DNA of 64,000 nucleotides from Vulcanimicrobiota bacterium. Its GTDB lineage: Bacteria > Vulcanimicrobiota > Xenobia > Xenobiales > JADMJV01. The position numbers were made by a program, and so were the translations under genes. The stretch lies in NCBI GenBank assembly GCA_050250895.1, contig JBFWNU010000001.1:3140891-3204890 (forward strand). The letters run 5' to 3'. A model generated the notes under the pieces. That model was not told the origin of the DNA, did no database searches, and saw only the letters and a program-made list of their open reading frames with translations. Positions within the stretch are counted from its first letter, which is position 1, and the number at the start of each line of letters is the position of its first letter. Positions 58,483 through 64,000 of this stretch are shown here, piece after piece.

Positions 58483-58501
58483 TAACTGTAAGCCGGCGGG
58501 C

Positions 58502-59239
58502 TTAGGCGATCAGGGCTTCTTGACCGCCCCCGCCCTGACGCAGTTGGGTGGCAGCGGCCTCGGCAGCGATACCCTCGGCGCGCTCGTCGGCGACCTGGAG
58601 CGGCCGATAGCTGACATCGGCCGGGTCAAGAATGTCCATCGGCCTGGCCGATTTCTCTAGGGGCTCGGCCAGTTTGAGCACGGGCGTGGCAGCGGCTTCA
58701 TCAACGCCGCGGTCGGTCTTGAGTTCAGCCACTTTCTCGGGGCCATCGGTGCTCAGTTTGGTGTTGACCATGTTCTCGGCAGCCACGCGAGTGTGGTCGG
58801 GCATATCGGCATTGAGGTCGACGGCGTGATCGCGCGAGTCGAGGGCGCCGATGGCCAGGTCTTCTTCGTGGGTCAGGTCATAGACATCGTCTTCAGGAGC
58901 GTGGACCATCTCGCCGTGCTGGTGAACTTCGCCGGCGCCGACCTGAACATCGCGAGAGTCTTTCTCATTGGTCTCTTCTTTTTTGCGGGTGCGATTGGCC
59001 TGGGCCGATTCGTCGGCCATCGAGGCCATGGCTTCGTCCTGGGCACCGGCCAGCACGCGCTGCTCGTTTAAACGAGCCAGGGTTTCTTCATCGAGACTTT
59101 CGGTTTGATTGGCTTTGGCCTTTTCGGCTACCAGACCGGTGCGAGCTGCCGCCGTGGCGCCCTGATCGGCGCTGACCTTGCTGAGGTCTGGTTGGGGAAC
59201 GCCTCCGGCTGCTCCGGGGTTGAATCTGTTAATCTGCAT
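58502..59239 (-). CDS. Acidic hypothetical protein
   Basis: GGAGG RBS, 245 aa, MQINRF start. Confidence 0.75.
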   Translation of the reverse strand: MQINRFNPGAAGGVPQPDLSKVSADQGATAAARTGLVAEKAKANQTESLDEETLARLNEQRVLAGAQDEAMASMADESAQANRTRKKEETNEKDSRDVQVGAGEVHQHGEMVHAPEDDVYDLTHEEDLAIGALDSRDHAVDLNADMPDHTRVAAENMVNTKLSTDGPEKVAELKTDRGVDEAAATPVLKLAEPLEKSARPMDILDPADVSYRPLQVADERAEGIAAEAAATQLRQGGGGQEALIA

Positions 59240-59360
59240 TGAAAGCCTCCGACTACTTTGCTGCGGACTGACCGCATCGTGAACATCTTATCACGAATCG
59301 GTGTCTCATGGACAATAGACTCTTTCCCTATATGATGTAAACATTTGGACGGGCGGGCAG

Positions 59361-59493
59361 GGAGCGAAGACTGTGTCGTCGAGAAGGGAGCCCGGGCTTC
59401 GCCGAGAGAGGGGAGCGGCGCTTTGCGCCAAGAGGGGAGCGAATTGAGCTGGGGCTCAATTCGGGATTTGGGCTACTCGACGCTTCGCGTCGT
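59361..59493. repeat. Dispersed REP-like element related to the 50-bp array
   Basis: Shares 20-mers with 33112-33131 and 53848-53867, and carries a degenerate 50-mer at 59381. Confidence 0.75.
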
Positions 59494-59595
59494 CATGCTG
59501 GGGCGGCGGAGCCGCCTTCGGGTTTTAACGGAATATTGACTTTTTTTCAACTTTTCGGCATAATGTGAAAAGCCTAGGAAAGTGAGCTGTTGCCC

Positions 59596-59736
59596 GTGAG
59601 CGATATCCAGATCACCCCTGAAGTCCGTAAGAAAGACAAGGTGCTCGAGCCGGGGCAACTAGAGCTGCTCGAAGCCTTCGCCCTCTCCCAGGCCGCCGTC
59701 GAGGCTACTGCCCTCAGTCGTTTGCGCAACGTTTAG
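59596..59736 (+). CDS. Small protein (46 aa, not in ORF track)
   Basis: MSDIQITPEVRKKDKVLEPGQLELLEAFALSQAAVEATALSRLRNV, preceded by TTGACT-17-CATAAT (59536-59564). Confidence 0.5.
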   Translation: MSDIQITPEVRKKDKVLEPGQLELLEAFALSQAAVEATALSRLRNV

Positions 59737-59738
59737 AC

Positions 59739-60230
59739 TTGCTACCCGAAATCTCTCTGGAGGCCGGCGAGCTGGCCATCACCGGAGCATTCCCCGGGCT
59801 CACCCAGGCTGAACTTGAAAAGCGGCTGGGTGAGTCGACCGAGGTCGAGCCTCGGCTGCGCCGTTGGTCCTTTGCTAAAGGCGTCGGCTGCCTGGTTCGT
59901 TTCGATAGTCAGGGGACCGCCGTCGAGGTGCAAGGTTCTCATCTAATGTCTTCGTCTGCTCGAATCGAGCCAGGGGCCACCCGCAAGCAGGTGGAGGCTC
60001 TTTTGGGCGAGGCCTGGCACGAGGGCTTCGGCGACCAAAGCGGCTATCAGCTCTATCTAGAGAATGCCGAGTTTGGCGAAGCTAGCCCGCTCGAGATGGC
60101 ACTGGCCATCGTGGTGCATTTCCGCAAAGACAAGCGAGCCTGGGTCTTTGAGCGGGCCGTGGCCCTGCTCACGCCAGCCGAAGATGCTGGTCCCGCGCTC
60201 ATCGCAGAGCTAGAGGAAGTTCTGGACTAG
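59739..60230 (+). CDS. Hypothetical protein
   Basis: 163 aa with two G.T...(L/V)E..LGE repeats. Confidence 0.65.
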   Translation: MLPEISLEAGELAITGAFPGLTQAELEKRLGESTEVEPRLRRWSFAKGVGCLVRFDSQGTAVEVQGSHLMSSSARIEPGATRKQVEALLGEAWHEGFGDQSGYQLYLENAEFGEASPLEMALAIVVHFRKDKRAWVFERAVALLTPAEDAGPALIAELEEVLD

Positions 60231-60395
60231 GCGGGGATACACGGTTTCGCCCGCCTGGCGAGCGGCCTCTTCCTGGCTCAACTCGCGCTCGGCATCGGCC
60301 AGCACCAGTTCGATCAGTTCGGTCAAGGATAGTGGCATGCTCTCAGAGTAGCCGGAAGGTGGCTATAAACCTGAAGCAAATGTATCGATTTTGTG

Positions 60396-61412
60396 TCAGG
60401 CGCGAAGGTAACCCAGTTCCTCGGCTTTGGCCTGTTGCTCTGGGGTGTCGAACAGTTCGGCACTCTCGCCCAGAGGCTTGTCGGTGAGGAAGTTGGCCAT
60501 CGTTTCGACCACCTTGGCGCTGTTTTGGATCTTGCCGTGGCTTTTGAACCAGATGTGGCGGGCGTCGGCACCGGGTAGCTCGGCGGAGCGGCGAGCTACC
60601 ACCGAGTCCCCTTTGATCGTGACTCCCAGGCCGCCCGTGGCGGTAGGATAGCCGTTGCCGGTAAACATCAAGAATTGAGCCCGCTCGCGCTGCAGGCCCC
60701 AGTTCTGGTTCAGGGCGTGCAGTTCGGGGTTGGCGGGAGTTCCGTCTTTGTCCACCGTGTCGAGAGTGAGCCAGTGAAGGGTGCGGCGCACCTCGGGATC
60801 GTCGGTGGGGGGCGAGATGGGAAAACCGAATTTCTCCCGGAAGACCAACTCGAGGTTGGCCAGATACGAGCCGTGGTTAGGCGTGCCCATCTGTACCACG
60901 TGGGCTACCTTCTCGTCGGGGTCCTGCAGATAGTAGCGGGCGTCGAGCCCGCCCAAGCTGTGCACCACCAGATCGACTTCGCTGGCGCCGGTGGCTGCGC
61001 AAACGGCTTCCACGGCGGCTTTGAGCTCGTCTTTGTTGGTCTCGACGCTATTGAACGAGCGCGAGAAGGCTAGCGCGAACATATTCGAGGTGGGGTCGAG
61101 GTTCTCGAACTTTCCGGCCTCGACCACTCCGCCCCAACGATTCTCCCCGGTGGAAGCCAGCCATTCGCCGACCTTGTCCCAGCGATGAGGGTTGCCGTTG
61201 AATCCGTGCACGAACACGATGGGGCGCTTCAGCTGCGGGGGCGGGTCTTTGGGCAGGTCGAACGGTTCGGGATCGGGGTCCACGAACTGTGACGGGAAAA
61301 GGGCCACCTGAGCCGGGGTGAAAGTATCCTGGGCCTCGGCCGGTGCCATGGGGGCCGGGGCCGAACTCGCTTGATGGACTCTTTTGATCGGTTGGAACGG
61401 GGTGATTCTCAA
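60396..61412 (-). CDS. Lipase-like alpha/beta hydrolase
   Basis: PIVFVHGFNG, VHSLGG, GTPNHGS, GDSVV. Confidence 0.9.
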   Translation of the reverse strand: MRITPFQPIKRVHQASSAPAPMAPAEAQDTFTPAQVALFPSQFVDPDPEPFDLPKDPPPQLKRPIVFVHGFNGNPHRWDKVGEWLASTGENRWGGVVEAGKFENLDPTSNMFALAFSRSFNSVETNKDELKAAVEAVCAATGASEVDLVVHSLGGLDARYYLQDPDEKVAHVVQMGTPNHGSYLANLELVFREKFGFPISPPTDDPEVRRTLHWLTLDTVDKDGTPANPELHALNQNWGLQRERAQFLMFTGNGYPTATGGLGVTIKGDSVVARRSAELPGADARHIWFKSHGKIQNSAKVVETMANFLTDKPLGESAELFDTPEQQAKAEELGYLRA

Positions 61413-61568
61413 GGCGAGACTCCTTCGGCCCGATCATGGCCTGGGGTCGCGGTCGAGGTACGAAACGTTTTGTTAAAATCCGGACGGGCCAGACGCCGGA
61501 CCAAGAGCAACAAGTCGGCAACATTTCAGAGAAACGGGCGGGGTAGGCTGCCATAGAGGAGAGACCCA

Positions 61569-62348
61569 ATGCAGCTGTCATCCATACGTGCGTTACCCAA
61601 CTTGCCGCCGGCCCGGGCCACGCGGAGCGCGGCTCCTGAGGCCGTCGAGCCCCAGAGTGCCGACACGGTCCAGATTGGCACTCTCGAAGAGGCGGCCCGT
61701 TTGCCCGTGCTCGATCCGGCTTTCCAAATGGGTCTGGCCGTGGGGGTGCTCTCGTCCTTGATGGGCGGCCCGCGCGAGGTCCCTCCCAAAGTGCAGCTTG
61801 ATGTCGCTTCTCATCAGGGTGATGTGGCCGTGAGCGCCCACTACAATCTGGATCTCTCGGCGGCCACGCCGCTGACCGGGTCGGGTCAGATCGGCGACCA
61901 GACCTTCACCGAGACGGGACGCCTGCAGGACGGCAAGATCCTTTTCGAGGGCCAGGTGGGCCAGGCTCAAGAAGCCCTCGAGATCGAGATCGGTGAAGAC
62001 GAGCGCTCGTTCCATATCAGCGGCAACGCCGGGGCTCTACCAGTCGACCTCGACGTGCAGACCATCCGCAATGGCGAAGGCGCTTTCACTGGCATTTCGA
62101 CGGTCGGCCTGGTGGGTGGCCAACGCTATATGGTCGACGCTCTGATCGACTTGCCCGGTTCGGTCATCGCCGGGGAAAACTCGGGAGCCATGACCGTTCG
62201 CGGCCATATGAACGGCGAGCTGGTGCACAAGAACTACCGCGTTTCGGTGCGCTCGAACGAGGACGGTCTGCTGGTCCAGGCCGACGGCCAGGGTCTTAAC
62301 GCCGGGGTTTTCCAGGCAGTGGACGTCCGCCTGCGCGTCTCGGCCTAG
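61569..62348 (+). CDS. Beta-rich hypothetical protein
   Basis: GAGGAG RBS, 259-aa ORF. Confidence 0.75.
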   Translation: MQLSSIRALPNLPPARATRSAAPEAVEPQSADTVQIGTLEEAARLPVLDPAFQMGLAVGVLSSLMGGPREVPPKVQLDVASHQGDVAVSAHYNLDLSAATPLTGSGQIGDQTFTETGRLQDGKILFEGQVGQAQEALEIEIGEDERSFHISGNAGALPVDLDVQTIRNGEGAFTGISTVGLVGGQRYMVDALIDLPGSVIAGENSGAMTVRGHMNGELVHKNYRVSVRSNEDGLLVQADGQGLNAGVFQAVDVRLRVSA

Positions 62349-62400
62349 CTCGTTCTTCTGCTCGACAGGCACTAGCGACTCCTCGGAGAAAAATCGAGTT

Positions 62401-63168
62401 ATGGGTCGACCGTTGATTATCGGTCATCGTGGCTCGGCAGATGCACCCGAGAACACTATGGTTGGTTTCCGCGAGAGCCTGCGCCAGGGGGCGCAGATGC
62501 TCGAACTCGACGTGCGCCTATCGCGCGACGGAATTCCCTTCGTCATGCACGACAGCACCCTTAAGCGAGCCACCGGGGGCAAACCTGGCACGGTCAGCGC
62601 GCGAACTTCTCGCCACATTCAGAGTCTGCAGCTCGACGAGGGGGTGACCATTCCCACCCTCGAAGAGGTCCTGCTCGAGCTGTGCCCGCAGATTCCCATC
62701 AACGTCGAGATGAAATTCAACCGTCCCGAGCTACGGCCGCTCGCGCAGGGGGTGGCCCAAGTGATCACCAGGCTCGGTTTTACCCGCCATGTGCTGGTGT
62801 CGTCGTTTTTTCACCAGTCTCTGCAGATGCTCAAGAAGGTCGCCCCGGACATCATCACGGCCCCGCTCTTTGGCACGCCGACCGGGCCGCTCCACGACGA
62901 TGACCTCGACGAAGTTTTGTCGGGTCCGTTGCGAGAAGGCCCCATCGCCCCCGGAGAATTGCCTTTCCGAGGACGGGTGGCGGTGCTGTTACATTCGACC
63001 GTGACTCCGGCCATCGCCGAGAGATTTCGCCAGGCCCAGGGCACGCTGCTGGTCTACACCGTGGATGCACCGGCTGACCTGGCCCGCATGGTGGCCCTCG
63101 GGGTCGATGGCATCATCACCAACCGGCCGGCCCTGGCCTTTCGGGTGCTCGAAACACTAGACACCTAG
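62401..63168 (+). CDS. Glycerophosphodiester phosphodiesterase
   Basis: GHRG...PENT, ELDVRLSRDG..VMHD, NVEMK, GVDGIITNRP. Confidence 0.95.
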   Translation: MGRPLIIGHRGSADAPENTMVGFRESLRQGAQMLELDVRLSRDGIPFVMHDSTLKRATGGKPGTVSARTSRHIQSLQLDEGVTIPTLEEVLLELCPQIPINVEMKFNRPELRPLAQGVAQVITRLGFTRHVLVSSFFHQSLQMLKKVAPDIITAPLFGTPTGPLHDDDLDEVLSGPLREGPIAPGELPFRGRVAVLLHSTVTPAIAERFRQAQGTLLVYTVDAPADLARMVALGVDGIITNRPALAFRVLETLDT

Positions 63169-64000
63169 CGGGGGCGCAGGGGCAAGATGCAGTGGAGCTC
63201 CTGAAAGGCTGGTCGGACCGGGGCCCAGCGGGTCGAGTCGGCGCTGTAGTAGAGGTGGCCCGCGGCCGTGCCGGCATAGAAGAGATGGTCACCCGCCGCC
63301 ATGCTCACGATCGGCGCCTGGGCTGCCGCCGGCAAGGAGGCCGAGGCCAGTTCCCAGTTGTGGCCGCCGTTCTTAGAGCTGAAGACCGTGCCCCCCTGGT
63401 GGTTCGGCTTGTTCACCCCGAGCAAGATGTGGTCGGGATTGTCGGGGTCCACACACAAGGCCTGAGCGTCGAGCCAGGGCAGGCCGTTTACATAGTTTTG
63501 CCACGACTCGCCCAGGTCGTCGGAACGATAGAAACCGAGGATGGTCGAGGCATAGAGTCGCCCGGCCGCCCCCCGCGGACAGTGCAGCTTCTTGACCTGG
63601 CGGGGCAGCCCCGCGCCCCGGTCCACCCAGGTCTGGCCCCGGTCAAGACTGGCGACCACCCCGCCTACCTCGACGCTGGCGAAAAGCACATCGGCGTTGC
63701 TCGGGTGGAAGAACAGACTGGTGACCCGCGGCATGTAGGGTGGCTGAGGAAAGGTCCAGTTGTCGGCGCTCTTCACTTTGTTGAAGCTCGCCATCTTGCT
63801 CCAGTGGAGGCCGTTGTCAGAGCTAACGAAGACCGCGGCCGGAGCGGTGCCGGCATACACCGTGGACGGGTCGGACGGCGAATGGGCCAGCGAATAGACG
63901 CTGGTGTTGGTCAGACCTTCGAAACGTGGGTGCCAGGTCTCCCAGTCCTTAGAGCACTGGACCATTCCGTCGACCAGGCCGACGAAGATCGTGCCATCCG
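63165..64000 (-). CDS. BNR/Asp-box beta-propeller protein (5' end outside window)
   Basis: Repeated S.D.G..W Asp-boxes. Confidence 0.8.
   Translation of the reverse strand, partial: DGTIFVGLVDGMVQCSKDWETWHPRFEGLTNTSVYSLAHSPSDPSTVYAGTAPAAVFVSSDNGLHWSKMASFNKVKSADNWTFPQPPYMPRVTSLFFHPSNADVLFASVEVGGVVASLDRGQTWVDRGAGLPRQVKKLHCPRGAAGRLYASTILGFYRSDDLGESWQNYVNGLPWLDAQALCVDPDNPDHILLGVNKPNHQGGTVFSSKNGGHNWELASASLPAAAQAPIVSMAAGDHLFYAGTAAGHLYYSADSTRWAPVRPAFQELHCILPLRPR

Noticed and set aside
48644-61534. Shared 12-mer ATTTCAGAGAAA upstream of the PLD and the 61569 gene
   Set aside because: Only two copies, at different distances from the putative -10, so it may be chance.

Overview
GC-rich bacterial chromosomal window with about 55 protein genes and 3 tRNAs (Met-CAT, Pro-TGG, Ala-CGC). 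I found no CRISPR array, integrase or transposase. Recognisable housekeeping genes are hemB, an arginine deiminase, class II ribonucleotide reductase with tandem NrdR boxes, UDP-glucuronate decarboxylase, bdhA with a permease, and a DUF4178/SpeE-like polyamine operon. The most notable signals are: (1) about ten unrelated proteins (M36/M4-like peptidase, PLD, lipase, EEP nuclease, TolB-like, CHAD, GGDEF and hypotheticals) lack Sec signal peptides but share a FlgM-like N-terminal leader, suggesting a flagellar/type III-like secretome, and several have 11-bp-phased direct-repeat boxes upstream; (2) a non-canonical lipoprotein-LptC/A-like-LptB-single LptF/G operon near a paralogous lipoprotein and a minor-pilin cluster; (3) a promoter-terminator-bounded candidate sRNA of about 60 nt; (4) a tRNA-Pro(UGG) with A37; (5) a TPR protein with a FlgG-like insert; (6) a 7 x 50-bp array and related dispersed repeats. 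The style is reminiscent of Eremiobacterota/Vulcanimicrobiota (Xenobia), but that is an unverified impression. All family calls were made by eye, without database searches.
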